DNA of 61,799 bases, counting the filler, from Diploschistes diacapsis (taxonomy: Eukaryota): the NCBI GenBank assembly GCA_023645945.1. It is 6 parts of 6 records of this genome, joined end to end, with 100 filler letters (N's around TTAATTAATTAA, not from the genome) between each part and the next. Parts side by side here need not be neighbours in the genome. Positions count along the whole stretch, not along the records: positions 10,337 to 20,558 come from JALAIB010000949.1; positions 20,659 to 30,875 come from JALAIB010000950.1; 4 more parts are not named here. The stretch is one strand, 5' to 3'. How positions within the stretch are numbered: the first letter of the stretch is position 1; each line of letters starts with the position of its first letter. Shown here piece after piece: positions 11,039 to 24,800 of this stretch. The notes under the pieces were generated by a model. That model was not told the origin of the DNA. It was given only the letters and a program-made list of their open reading frames with translations, and did no database searches. Position numbers and translations under genes: made by a program.

Positions 11039-13391
11039 TTACACTTTTCGTCTGACAAGTCCCTTCATAAAATCGAAGCTATTGCTATCGCTCTGGAGCT
11101 CGACCCTCCTCCCAGACCTTTCCCTCGTAATCCCATCTCCCCCAAGGATCTCCTCTGCCACCAGCTGTCCCCATTGCGTTTCAATCCCTTTGATCCGCGC
11201 CTTGATGCCGCCGTCGGATTCCAGCGTCACGATCTGTTCGCTGTGCAGCCAGTGCTTGTAGTACATCCTCTCAAAGTATGAATCGAAGCCCGCGATGCAG
11301 AAGCGCGAGTAGAAGGCTGAGACCTTGGTGACGAGGCGCGCAAGTAGGCGTTCAGCGCTTAGAGGTGCCGATGAGCTTGTTGAAGGGTGGAATGCGGAGA
11401 TGAGTGCCGCAATCGAGGTCGTGGGCAGTGTATTGGTTGTATTCAGGCCGATGCCGAGGACCGCGTGATAAGTATCGGGCGAGTAATGGCTGTTGACTAA
11501 GATGCCGCCGATCTTCACGTACGAAGAAGCCGGCGGTGGGCTCTTGGAGTTTGCGAGCTTGGGTGCTGACGGATCCAGGGCATCTGGAACAGTGTTAGTA
11601 CATGAAGCCCGGGTAATCAAACGTGAAAGCTTGCAATACTTACAGATATCGTTCGGCCATTTGAGTTTGATCGGCAATTTCTCGTAACCCTTGCTGTAAG
11701 AGTGTATCCCTTCTACGACTGCCAGCGCAGCAAGGTACTGTAGAAAGATTATAGGCGATCTCGACGATAAAGACATAGGGTGGTGGAACAGTGTGGAGAA
11801 CATGAGCGATCCAGATGGCGAAACCCAGACATTAGAGCCCCGACCACGTCCGGCGACTTGGACGGTAGCGCATGCGGTGAATCCAGCTGGCAATCGTCGC
11901 AGAGTCTGTGTGTTTCTAAAGATTTGGGTCATTTTGAAGCTCTATAATTAGATTCTGAAAGCAATTGGGCACAATAGTCTGGCCGCTCGGATAGAAAGGA
12001 GCAGATGATACATACTTCTCAAGGAGCGTGTTGGTGCTGGTCACGACCTCGCCGTAAAGGAGAGTCTGACCAAAGGAGGGATCGGCGTCTCGTTCATTGG
12101 ATTGGTAATCCTCTAAATGTTCAAAGTACACTTCATGGTTGAAGTAAGGTGTATCTGTGCCTTTCGGGTAGCCTTCCGTATGGGTAATGATACGCTTCAC
12201 AACGGTACTATAGTCGAGTATTCTATCCTCTTCATCAGCTGGGCTGCCTTTCTCAGCAGAATTTTGCTCTGGTAATCCTGGCAGACTCTCTTTGAGCCCG
12301 GACGTAGATAACGTAGAAGGTTTTTCAAGGCCGAAAACATCATTTTCATCCTTGACATACTCTTCACCGCCACCAATAGTGATAATATCTTTGAGCCCAA
12401 CAAGGAGCCGCGAGATTTCTCCAGAACGCAAGGAGCTAAGGTGAAGACAGGAAAGGGGAGGTACCGCATTCTTTTGCTGGATCACCTTCAGACCCAATTT
12501 CTGTAGGCAAGCCTTCACGAAGTCGTTGCGTAAGTCATCATTGTTATCAAGCGCCTCCACGACTTGAGGAAAGAATGGAGGATCCGGTTTAGGGTCCAGG
12601 TTTCGAGACGCAAACCTAGCAGCATGTCAAGCGAAGAGAGCAGGTAGAAGAGCCCAGGACAAACTCAGGATGGGGCCCGGTCAGCAAGGCCGCCCCTTGA
12701 CCAATTTTGCAATAAATGATTGCAGCCATACCCTCCCCTGCGTCGACCTCAAGCGGCTCAGTGTAACTTGCCAGCACCTCGACACCCCTATCACGAAATT
12801 TAGGAGCATCGACAAATACTCCGCCACCGTTGTAGTAAGAGCGAAAGACGTCCGGCACGTTTCTTTCCATCAAGCTTGCCTTGTCGACCTTCAACTCCAC
12901 TGCCCTAGCTCCGGCCTCGCTGCCATACTTGAAGCCCGAAAAGGCTAGTCCGCGGCATGTGCCAGGGAAGAAAGCGAGTTCGCGGGGGCCAACCACCTCG
13001 AGATTCTTGTGGCCGACTTCGAACTCACATCTCGTACTTCCATAGTAGCCGCCTGCGCAGAAGCCGATGTAGGCTCCACCTCCCTGAACAAAAGACTCGA
13101 TTCTCCTGTTCCCAAGACCATTAAGCTTTTCGCAGAAGCCCAGATCCGCTCCTCCGGGCATAACCAGGAGCGCACACGAGGTAGTCCATGGCTCTTTGAT
13201 AATAGCGTCAGCCGTTACTGTTGAGACGGCGTAATTTGGCGACAATAAACGCTTTAGCGTGAAGACGCAGTGCTGTACTGAGCCAACAGTGCTTCCCTTA
13301 TCTGATCAAGTTTTAGCAGATTTACGATAGAAGACGTCGCAGATTTGGCTTTACCGGCGTAGATCAGAACATTCAATCGCTTGCTGTCCAT
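11039..13391 (-). CDS. BPL1: Biotin-protein ligase (holocarboxylase synthetase), multi-exon
   Basis: BPL_N domain (LNVLIY, PGGADLG, GFCAGGYYG, GPHPEF) plus catalytic QVAGRGRGSNVWVSP, KWPNDI, KIGGIL, NSFDFMKGLV. Confidence 0.96.
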
Positions 13392-13482
13392 CCCGAGCAC
13401 CTTTACAACACCACAGCTTGGGAATATTTTACTTTGATAAGAAACACAAACAACTGGTTACTTGCTTATAAACCCGAATCAA

Positions 13483-13934
13483 ATGTCCAATAACGAGAAA
13501 GAAGAGCAAACGAAGAGGATTGAAGACGATAATGATGACGAGCCAGATGAATGGTAAGCGCAATTGTGCAGTTGTGGTAAGTAGTACTCAGTTCTAATGA
13601 ACCGGGCAGGGATCAGAGAATTTGCAGCACTGGCTGCGCCGGCAAGCGAATGATGCATGAAGCGCGCTACTACAACCTGACCGATATGTTAGATGAGCAG
13701 ACGCGAATGAATGACTGCTACTTTGAAAAGAAGGACTGGAGAGCATGCAGTAAAGAGGTGGGTATTCTGCCCTGGGAACGTGGAAGGGTCGGCTGTCGCT
13801 TGGCGCTCGTGCTTTTCGATGCTATGCAATCTGTTTCTCTATTCCTTATACTAATTTCTGTATAGATGCTGGCGTTCAAAGAGTGCTGGAAGAGCAAAGG
13901 CAACGACGATCGCACCGAGACTAAGGATGCATAG
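13483..13934 (+). CDS. COA4: Twin CX9C cytochrome c oxidase assembly factor 4-like, 4 exons (13483-13553, 13610-13641, 13693-13757, 13866-13934)
   Basis: Spliced: ...DDEPDEWDQRICSTGCADEQTRMNDCYFEKKDWRACSKEMLAFKECWKSKGND...; two exact CX9C motifs. Confidence 0.9.
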
Positions 13935-14124
13935 CGCTTGGATGCTCGCATGATTAATTTTGGCTATTCTACGGCTCGGCCCTGGGCTCTATGTCACGGT
14001 GTAAATGTGGAGTGCAAAGAACTCTACTCGAGAACCTTGCCGAGGCTTGACGAGCCAGTTATGGAGAGAGGCCAGTTCCATAGACGATGGATGCTCTAGT
14101 AAACGTCAATATGAGTCTCTCATT

Positions 14125-15022
14125 TCAGACCGGCGCCGATCGGGCAAGCTGATCATGCTCGTCTATGTCCCTACAAAACGAGTCAGCAAAGTCCACCTAC
14201 CCTCAGGTATAAGATTGTGGTTCCATACGTAGCTTCCCAAGGATAACATATCCAGTTATCCGGCACCGTCTCCGCCGCAAGATACCTATTTTCGGCCATC
14301 ATATCATCCGGCAGCTGCCCCTTCTTCTGCTTATCCTTGTTCTGTAACAGAAATCAGCAACGTATCCCCCAAACGAATTTCCACCTGAAACAGAGGTAGA
14401 AACGCACATGGAGCACAAAAATAAAGAAGTTCGTCTTCTCCGTCTCCCGACCCAGCCGCTTGCACCCCTCCTTCACGTCCTTCTCGAGCTCCTTGACCGC
14501 ATACTCGAGCGTCGTCCGCGTGTCGTCCACCTCGTCGACGATCAGGATATTCTTCCCGATCAGGTTCGTCATCTCGAGGGAACTCAGGTCGAGCCACTGC
14601 GTCCGCGTGACGACTGTGCCGGGCTCCTCTACTGGACCGTTTTTGCCGAGGTTCTCGTACAGAGAGAGACCGATGCCTTGCATGGGTATGTTTGAGGAGC
14701 CCGATTGCTTGAGGAATGACCTTTGATCTCCTTAGGACCAAGGTGCTGGATTCGGTTTGGTAGAAAGGGGGAGGGGGGAGATGACTTACCTCAAGATCCG
14801 GGCGGGTATGTAGCCTCCGCCGCCGATGGCGATCATTAGGTTGGGCTTGAAGTCACGCATGATCTGCTCGGCGGCTTGCTGACACAGCTTGTGTACCTGT
14901 GGAGGGAATTAGCCTGTTCTTTAGAAAATGTGATTAATACACAGTGCACGTGGGAACAAATAGGACGCTGAAAGGAGAAGGAGACCTGCCTGATTATATG
15001 TGATGTAGTGTTTTTCAACCAT
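14125..15022 (-). CDS. Hypoxanthine/xanthine-guanine phosphoribosyltransferase (Hpt1/Xpt1 family), 5 exons
   Basis: YITYNQVHKLCQ, IAIGGGGYIPARILR, PRPP-binding ILIVDEVDDTRTTL, WICYPWEA, DIDEHD. Confidence 0.93.
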
Positions 15023-15532
15023 TTTCGCTGTGGTGGTCCCGATATGCTGTTCGGCGCTCAGGAAGATTCAAATACTGAAACTGGTTGGACATTCCTTGCC
15101 GATTAGAAGTTTTTCTTTTCAACCCACTTGGCTCTGCACTTCTACGCAGTCATACGCAACCTGGCTCAATCGAATAGCCCGGAGTCACCCATTTTTGGAT
15201 TAGCGTTGTTCACATCTGCTGAGAATGGCAAATGATTACGCGAACCCCTGATTCTAGGGTCAGGAGAAGACGGAAAGATAAGTCTACAGGGCAAGAACAC
15301 ATGAATTGATCAATGAAGTAAGTACCTTTGGTATTGCTGTGGCGTGATTCTACACATTAGTCTAATCCACTGCCCTATGAATTTATTGAAGCTGTTCCGC
15401 GGGAGTAGTAATACAGTACTGAAGGTACTAAAGGACGAAAACTATCATACGTAACCTTTTGTGTGATGACACATTTCCCGGACACCCAAAGAATCTCTTA
15501 ATTACCATGCTGGCAGAGAAGTCGCAAGCTTT

Positions 15533-17551
15533 TCAGTCATCAGGTACACCCCCATTAGCATACTTCCACAGTCTGCTCAACTGCTTCACAGTCTTCCCCC
15601 TGGCTGCTTCAGCCTCAGCATGGCCGCCTAGGAAGGCAATTTCTCCTGGACCAAGCCTTCCAATCGGCATTTCGACATGATGGCCGTCTCCTAGTTCGAT
15701 CCCCCAGCGCTTGAACCAAAGGCGCTTTAGTGCTTCCGATCCAAATCCGGTTACTTTCGAATTTGACCTGGTCCTCATCTTATGAGTCTGGCGTCTGGCT
15801 TCCGCTTCTCGCTGTTGAGGTAACTCAATCTCCACAGTCACGACTTCGTCGAGGAACTCGGATGCTGTCTGTGCGTCCAGTGGAAACATAGCAGAGAGGT
15901 AATGCTGATTAAAGAAGTGACCGGAAGCTCCTAGACGTACGAAGACACGGCCGGCGTAATGCTTTGACATGACCTTATAAACACTGTATAAGACGCCCCA
16001 ACGAGGAATCATATCGTACTCGTTTGCGTAGTGCTCAATGTGGTTGATCGCATATTTCGCTGGTAGGGGGGCTGATGGGTTACCGTCTGGCAAACTCAGT
16101 TTAAAAGAGAAAGGGGTATCGAGCCGTCTAATAACTGGATTGCTAAAGTGACTCGCAGCAGAGCCGAACGTGTAGATCTCCTTCGCAGTGGTCGGTCAGT
16201 CGCTTTTTAACTCCAGTAAGCTTGAATTAGGTGTGTAACCTACTAGTTTTGACACCACATCGTGCGAAACCTCAGTAAGCAGACGATCCAGGACTAGAGC
16301 CGCCTCTATACCTCCTTGGGAATGCGCAATAAGAATCATCCTCTTGACTTCCGGATCGACCAGACCGGCTTTGACGGCTTCGTAGGCAATACGTCCATCT
16401 CTGGTAGGATAAGACAAGCAGCGCTGGATAATGCACTCGAGGATATCGCTAAAGAGACCATAAGTCTTGTTATGGATTCCCAGAACCGGACGACCAAAGA
16501 CCTTGGCGATTGAGTCAACACTTCTCTGCAGGTCGCTACCCTCGGTCATCACTCCGTTCAAGAAGAGCCAACGTTCGTCACTGAAAAGCTTTCTCTCACG
16601 GAGACCGATGACTTGGCGCTCACCATGGTTGGCCTCTCGCGCCATGAGGTCCATCCGGGACATAACTATGTTGGGACCGTGTGTGGGATACATTAGAAGC
16701 CAGATGAGGGCGGAAAAGGCGAGTATCCCAAGTATGAGCAAAGCTGCCGGTACGGGTAACACCAACACAACCGGGAAAGCCAGTCCAATAAGCAATTCAA
16801 GTAGAGAAACCAAGGAGATCAAGGTCTTAGACCCAATGTTTCTAAATGAAGGGTAGAACTCATGCCCAGGCTCTTTCGTCTCCAAGGGTAGAATGATGTA
16901 CGGGATGTAGGGTATCATTCGAAGAAAGATCCAGGTGTCGCGAGCCATCTGGAACAGGGGGCTGCTGTTCTTCGCGGTAGCTGAGATGTCGGCGTGGGGA
17001 TCTGCCTGGGGCGGTATGTATTTCACCATTTTTGTGGCGGGAGGAACCTCGACGTCTTCTGCCAAGTCCGCGTCTGAATCTACATCCTCTGATTTAGTAG
17101 TCCCATAGCCGCGTGGAAAGCCTATAGAAAGTGGCTGAGAATCGAAAGCGATGGCGTTGGTAAGGGATCTACCAGGAGGCGTAAGGAACGAAGGGTCTGG
17201 ATTCTGAAACGTTTGGAAGGCCTGTTCGTCGTGATCGATACCTGCGAGAATATCTCGAGCTGGAAGCTTACCGCGAGAGGGTCCTATATCTTGAGAGCTT
17301 CGCTTGGCATTTCTATCCGCTAACATATCCGCGAGACTGCTACTAGCAAGTGACTTGGTCCGAGAGGGTCCTGGGTCCTTAGAAGATTGGCCTGCGCCTG
17401 GCATCGAAGAACTGGACTCACTCCCCGGATTGTTGCTGGGGCCAGCTTCGTTGTCCGACTGTCCCGAGGACCGAAATGACCGTGCGGCATCCCTGAGACT
17501 CTGCCTGAAAGACGGCATTGGGGTTTGCTTGGGAGTTGCGGGATCCTCCAT
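15533..17551 (-). CDS. Uncharacterised membrane-anchored alpha/beta-hydrolase-fold protein, 2 exons; start may extend to 17659
   Basis: Hydrophobic helices, WLFLNG, IAHSQGG elbow, EIYTFGSAASHFSNP, IEHYAN..D, GHFFNQHYL. Confidence 0.78.
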
Positions 17552-18936
17552 TGTGTTTTCAATGTGCTCGATGTAGACAGGGTATCTAAATTGCCTTCGC
17601 TCTATCTCTATGCCCCTTGAAGATGAGTAGTCTTTGAACCGAACGATCAGATATGGCATCGCCTTGGAAGGGTTTCAACAGCAGATCTTCAGAACGCTTG
17701 CATTCTTGCACGATTGATTCATATGGGCAACGGTGAGATAGCTGGATGGGTAGAAACAAGAAAAGAAGAGGAAAGATCATCATGCTGTGAAGATATAGCA
17801 GTCACCGTTCCCAGGCTCGTTCTTGTCGTTGTACGTGAGTATTCCACGCCTTCGCCTTTCGTTGTTGCACGTAAGAATGCCTGTCCTTTCCGTTCGTTGT
17901 TGTACGTGAAGTCGGCAGGAGACATCCTAGTCATGCTTTTGGCCATCAAGGGCATTCTGCAATTCACCACAACAACAACACATTGGTGTGCAAGAGTAAT
18001 GCGTAATCACAAGCAAAGGAAAACAGTAGAGAGAGGTTCTAGTTGCCAAGTTTTCAAGATCCCAAGATGGGTCCGTTTCCGGCTGTGTAGCCAGGGCGAA
18101 TTACTGGTAACTTGAAGTCCTGTTGCTGTGATCCATCTGCGTAGCTCCTGCGATTAAATGGCCGATTGCCTTCTTGCATCCTCGATGCCACAAAACATCG
18201 TTGGTAAGAAGTCAGCGGGCAGGCTTGCCAAGGAGATGCGGAACGGACTGGCTAATAAGTTTTGCCCGTGCCATGCTGTAAATCCATCCCAACCAGCGAC
18301 CACTGATGTCTATAACCACGTTCCTTCAACGTGAGTCTGAAGGTTATTCCCCTGGACCGACTATCTCGGGACCCTGCAGTAGCTTACCTTGATTCGACTC
18401 GCTTCATGTTGACCCTCTTTCCCTTGAGTTCTTTTTCGAGCTCAGCCGGACTTAGTACTCTCAAAAACGATTCAGAAGCGGTTTGTTGACAGTATGAAGC
18501 GGCTCTTGAGTTCCCATCACCCACACGAAAATTGAAGAATGCGGACAGATGAGTGATCACCTCGTGTGTTGATGAACACAGTACTTCTACTAGCAGATGG
18601 AAATTAATCTGCCTGTCATCGATCTGCTAGTGCACTAACCCTCCCTTTTCGCCATCGCTTGGCTCGCTGTCATGACTGAGTAATAAAGATACAGAGATAG
18701 AAGCGTGAAAAGAGAGCTGCGCCAGACCGCATACCGGGTATCAATTTATCGCCAGGCGATCGCCGTTCCCCCAAGACGAGCAATGTACAAGCGAGGCATG
18801 CCTACCTCGTGCTCACATTGCCCCCGCGCCAACGCTGCAAACGCAGCACAGCACGAAAGCAGAACGTGGAAGCGTATTCAAACGCGGGAGAGCACCAACG
18901 CCAGATTCGCTGTCCCATCACCAATTACCTTGCCCG

Positions 18937-20216
18937 TTACTCTTTGCACATAAACTTCTCCACAACCTCCCATTTCAATCCCCCACTGACCACCTCTTCT
19001 CCAACTTTGAGTTCCCAGCCCTTTTCCCAGCACACCTGGCATGGCAGACTCATTTCCCCAATCTTGACCACACGCTCCCACATATTCTTCGTCAAGCCTT
19101 CGTCCACCCTTCCGATAGCACCGTCAAGCAAGGCCCCCTCACCACCCCCGAGCAAAGGTACGCCACCAAACCTCCATCTCTCCACACCGATGTCGGCCCC
19201 ACTACGGATCACACCTTGGCACCAGCTCCCTACTCGTATTATCAAGCCTCGGGTGCCGAGGACTTTGTTCTCCGCTTTCAGAACGAAGCTGAGCGCGCCG
19301 GGTTCGTGTGTGAGTTTTTGCGGCGGCAGATCCCTCCACAGCTCTTCATAATCTGTCATGAGCCCCGTATCCGGGTGTGGCATGCGGCCTTTCTCAATGC
19401 ATTCGTTGTCCCTCTCTGTCGGATAAATGGTTCCCGTATCTATGAAATCATCTGTGGATGCGGATGGATGTATTTCTGAAAGTATCGAGGAAGGGTTCGA
19501 TGCTCTCGAGGCACCTATGCTACTTCGTATGCCTTTCGAGTGCCGACTATCAACCCAATGTGTCCAAGTTGTTCGACGGGCTGTGATTGTCTTGGAGCCA
19601 CTTTGTATACGTTTGTGGTATGAGTTTGTAGACGCGGCTTCAGTCGAAGGAGGGTTTCCTTGGTCTTGATTCTTGCTTTGGTCTGAGTCGAGCGGTGTGA
19701 GCTCTTTCAACTTATCTTTCGAGGCGCTGCTACTTGAAGCACTGGAGCTGGACTGCCGGCGGGTGTAGGTCGTAGACTCGGCTGTTCCGGCAAATGCCCA
19801 GTCGAGGCGAGAAGTCGGAAGAGTGGACTTGGTATAAGGGGTTTCGAAGGCCGAGGCAATGTATCTGGGTTTGAAGATGCGGATGTCGACATAGTGGTTG
19901 GTTTGCGAAGTGAGGACCAATGTGGATGTGGTCTCGGAAAAGTCTCCGTCAGGTATCTGCAGGGTTGGTAGAGAATCGTCAGCTTCGCTTAGTCAACAGA
20001 AGAGATGGTCTTGCAAGCCTGGCCAGACTTCTGTCTCAAATCCCTGGAATGACTGGCGAGCCTGAGCCTGAGCCTGAGCCCGGGCCCTTCGTATAGAGCC
20101 ATAGTAGGAAGGACGGTGAGAGTGCCCAAGTCTCATAAACACACGACAAGACTTACCCAGCGAAGGTACCTCCTGATGCTCACACTGGGCGAGGTAGTTG
20201 ACTCAGAGGATGCCAT
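18937..20216 (-). CDS. HRI1: HRI1-family protein, 2 exons (20216-20157, 19956-18937)
   Basis: SIRRYLRW|...ETTSTLVLTS..HYVDIRI, LDWAFAG, WTHWVDS, EKGRMPHPDTG..DYEELW, RVGSWCQG. Confidence 0.85.
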
Positions 20217-20436
20217 ATTATAGAAGCGAATAGAATGTCACGAAAGTGAATACGACATGGAAGAAAAAGACAAAGAGATGAACAGGGAGAAGATGTGGAC
20301 TGTGAAGGAGGAAGTGAGGGTTGACATGGGACACCGTTACCGAGCAGCTACATCATCATGATCATCATGATGGGAGCGATCAATCGGCAGGTACAAGGTA
20401 CAGTACCATGAGAGAGAAAACAAGGGTAACAGGAAC

Positions 20437-20460
20437 GACAGACAGACAGACAGACAGACA
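20437..20460 (+). repeat. (GACA)n microsatellite
   Basis: Six tandem GACA units upstream of HRI1. Confidence 0.8.
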
Positions 20461-20558
20461 GTACCGACGCTTGTACCTGCTGGGTGCCTGAGCTCTTTCT
20501 ATTTCGTATGAATAGAATCTGTGAGGAATGTTGGGGCACGTGGGGGTGGGGGTGGAGG

Positions 20559-20658
20559 NNNNNNNNNNNNNNNNNNNNNNNNNNNNNNNNNNNNNNNNNN
20601 NNTTAATTAATTAANNNNNNNNNNNNNNNNNNNNNNNNNNNNNNNNNNNNNNNNNNNN
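20559..20658. other. Artificial contig spacer
   Basis: N44-TTAATTAATTAA-N44. Confidence 0.98.
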
Positions 20659-21764
20659 CTCCTCTCCCGCTTCCACTCATCCCCCAAGCGCCTGCTCTCC
20701 ACACACCTCGTGCCTCCCCGCTCGGGCTACGCATGGCGCCTGAAGGCGGGCCAGGTCTGCCGCCTCACGACGCCCGCGGGCCCGCAGGTCGGCGACCTGA
20801 ATCTCTGGTCCGCGGCGGATCCGCGGGAGCGCTTCTGGGCGGGGCGCACGCGGCAGCTGCATCGGAGCCATGTGCGGGTCGGGGATCGGCTGTGGAGCTG
20901 CTTGCCGTTCTTGCGGCCGATGGTCACGGTTACGGGGGACTCGTTGCGGAAGTATGGGGTGGACGGGGTGGATGCGTGGGGGGGCAGGTGTCACGATTTG
21001 CTGGGGACGAGGTGAGTTTCGGGGCGTGGTGAATTGCGGGCCCCGGTGCAGTAGGGTGCGAGAGAGATGATTTGTTGAATGCGGGTGCAATGTGAATTCA
21101 CTGTCATATGGTCGTTTGACTGGCAAGTAGGTGTGATCCCTATGGTATGCTCCATCCCTTCGATTCGCCAGTATCCGAGCAGGAGCAAACCCTCAGCTAA
21201 GCAACGGTGGGCTGCCATAAAGTGGATCATATGCTCTCCGGAGATTCCTTCGACTTCCACTGCCACTCGAACCTGGCCCGCGCCGTGCTCCCCTACGGCC
21301 TTACCGAATTCGACGTGCACGACGTCCTGAACGTGTTCCAGGTGACTGGCCTGAACAAGGACGGCAAGTATTGGATGTAAGCTAGCGGCGTTCATCCTTT
21401 TTCATCGCATCCGCTGCAGCTTTTGCGTTCTTTGAAGCGCCTCAGTTTCCTAATTTGGTACATTGATGCTAGTATTAATGTGGAGTTTTACAGGGGTACG
21501 TGTCCCGCAAAGCCCAACGACTACTTCGAGTTCTTCGCGGAGATCGACGTCTTGTGCGCCCTCTCGACTTGTCCGGGAGGGGATCTATCCAAGTTTGAGT
21601 GGGGCACGAGCGACGAGGAGATGAAGAAAACTTGCCGGCCACTCGGGGTCGAGGTGTATGAATTCGAAGATCCATCAGTGCTAGCAGATTGGCGGCCCCC
21701 CGAGCCTTCGGGTTATAAGGGCTTACATGGCTTGAAGATGCCTGCGCATGGAATGAGTGGATGA
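20659..21764 (+). CDS. DUF1989 / urea carboxylase-associated family protein, 5'-truncated, multi-exon
   Basis: PPRSGYAW, GPQVGDLNLW, GRCHDLLGTRCDPY, HCHSNL, VHDVLNVFQVTGL, FEFFAEIDVLCALSTCPGGDLS. Confidence 0.9.
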
Positions 21765-21894
21765 CAGACATTTTCGGATCGGCATTGATGAAGGTCAAAA
21801 GTGTTTTTATTCCAATGATGAGCCAGAGTACAATTACCGCTGTCCAGTGGGAATCTATATATCATACCCCGCGCTATGCAGAAGAACAACCCCG

Positions 21895-24800
21895 TCAAAA
21901 GAATGGACACCAACCTATATACATCCGCGCCAAATTAAATGCATCCGTTGCCTCCTGAATCAGCAGGTGCACGTGGCCCTCCACCGATAGCGGTACCGAC
22001 TCGCCAGGCAACAGGCCCCGGACCTTCGTTCTGATAGCATCCAGGACGCCCTCCGGTGTATCCGGTATAATGGATGCCGTCTTCTTTTTCTTTCCTATAA
22101 AGTCCGTAGTTGGGTCATAGAGAAACGTTTCGAGGATAGTCATGAGCGTGTGTTCATGCTGCCGAAGGATTCCCAGCGACAGCTCGCATGACTTTCTGAA
22201 CGGCCCTTCGTAGCCGTAGGCGCCAAAGGCATCCACCATGTTATGTGTTAGCCTGAACGGAACTCTCTCCGGCTTCTCAAAGGTGAGTCCCTTGTCAAAA
22301 AGACAGTTGAAATCGACGTGAAACGTCCCGCCGTTCTCCCCCTGGAAGAGTATGTTCTCCCCGTGGCGATCGCCAAGTCCAAGCACGTGTCCGACCATGG
22401 ACATGACCGCGCATGACCGCGTATATCTCAAGCGGGCTTCAAACCACGCGCTTGGCTCAGGAAACATGTCGACGAACCACTCATGGAACACTGGGTTGAA
22501 GCTTGTAAGTACTTCTTCGTCGAACTTGGATAACTTCTGCACATCGAGCGATATCTCATCCAAAATATTCTTGATTGCCGTGTAATCGGGTCTCACCCCC
22601 TTCGCCTTATACAGATCCAGGAGGATATCACGAAGAGTTCGAACGCCCTCAACCCACTCGACGAGACCGCATTCCTCGTTCAGGGGGGTCACTGCGTACG
22701 TCTTGATGTACAAGCGGCGCTTGCTGCACTCCGCATCTTTCTTCAGAAACCTCGTGATCATTGAGTTGAACTCCAGCAAGCGCTGATCTTTGCGCAGATC
22801 ATCTTTTGGCTTGCACATGACACCGTAGATACGCCCATCGGATCCACGTATATTCAGCTTCTTCGGTTTGATAAGGGAATTGAGTACCAATGCATCTTCC
22901 AAGAACGCATCAATGGTGACCGTATCTTTGGAGAACGCTTTGTGGGTTTTGATGTTCTCACCACCTGTTGGGAGAGTCGCCGTCAATGTCGCTTCAATCG
23001 GAATGGCAAGTCGGCAGGGTGCACTTTTGGTATGACTGAAACCAAGATCACTAGCCAAGCCGACTGTTCCGTGTTTTCCTACGTCGCGGTTGCATACTTT
23101 CAGAAGCTCTTCGGAAAGTTTTTGACCCTGCTTCATTATTCCCACCAACTCGGCGCGTTGCGTGTCGCTGCTGATCTTCTTCGCATTCTCCTGCACCTTG
23201 GACCATACCTCTCGACCCCTCAGGACACGATCTTCCTGCTTTTTCGACTTGATGAGAGCGAGCAGCGTCCACATAGCTTGTTGAGGATGGGAAACCACAA
23301 CTCTGGCAACAACGTCTACGAGACTGCTGTGTATCTTTTCATGAGGATGGCATATCCGAGCAACGATCTGAGTGAAGGCGGAGTAGAATATAAACGACGG
23401 CAGCCGGTCAATATACTTTTTGATTTGCCCCATTACCGCATTGAAGATCTTTTGCCTTTGAGTGTTTATATGTTCCCGAAAGTTGTGATCGTTTCCATAC
23501 TTTGAATCAACGGCTCGCCCGACATCAGTCCCAAGGTCTAGCCAAAGCGTGAGAATACGCGGCAGCGTTTGATGGATATATTTCGCGCCCATGCCGAGCG
23601 AGCGCAGATAGTTCTCGATTACCAGTTTGGCCATTTCTCCCGTAATGAACGTTTGGGCCTGTTTCGCCGGCGGCTTTGCCTTTTCCGATTCCAGGAGCTT
23701 GTTGTAGTGTTTACCAAGGTAGTAGTGCCCTTTTTCTGATCGAACATGGAAGTCAACCGCAGTTCTGTATTGTTTGATGATGGCGTCGGATTGCGTTTGG
23801 CCTGCATGGTCGACCCATTTGGCTAGTAACAGATGTGCTCGTGCTGCAACGGGGTTTTGGACTCGACCCCCCTGCGCCGCTGATCTACTTAAGGAATCTG
23901 ATAAAGCCGGAGTATCCTCTGGTTGGAACACGTTCGCAGCGATAGCTCCTTCCAGACTCTGAATTGCTTTTCGATTATGGCCTTCCTTCCAGAGCAGTCG
24001 AGCACTTTCAATCGTTGCAGCATGATCACCGAGCTGCGATGCATGCAGGACAGCATTGAACGCCTGATGCGTGAAGTTTCCCTTTCGGGCGAGCTTCGCA
24101 CTAGCAAGCCATGATGAAGATATATCAGATGCTGCAAACGTATAGCTATTTCCTAATCAGTGTGACTTCCGTGATTTGGGAACCATGATCCACCTTGAAG
24201 CTTCCATCGCTGCCCGTCTCAGCCCCAGCAAGTATTGTTTATCCGAAGCAAACGCACCAATGACACCAAGTCGTAGGTTAAGTATACCAGTAGTCGTGTT
24301 TGGATCACATTTCTTGTTCGAAGTGCGGCCTGCGATTTCTTCGAGCTCTGACAGAGCCTGGAAGCGAAGCAAGATCTCATGACAGGATTGGAGTGAAGCA
24401 ACAGTAGCTGTTGACAAGCTCCGCGCCAGGTCGCTTCGAAGGCTGTCTACAGTAGCGGTGAATCGGTCCCAGTCCTCTTGACGTAAAGCCAGTAATGCGC
24501 ACCCAACCCCAACTTCAAAGACGCGCAAATCTGTATCTGAAGCATCCTTGACTAGCTGTTCCAGATTCGCCCATCTGCCCGTCACCCAGCTTGCTTCAGC
24601 AGCAAAGGACTTGACGAGCGATGGTGAAGTATCCGATATCTTGAAGCTGGAAATCTGATTAAGAAGCGTATCTGTTCATGTCAGCTATTGAAATTGTCGA
24701 GATGCTTCCGGTGCACCCACCATACTGCCCTGACTCTCTCAGACTATCCAGCAGACTCAACTGCACTTCAGGATTACCAGGATCTTCGTTGAGCTCAAGC

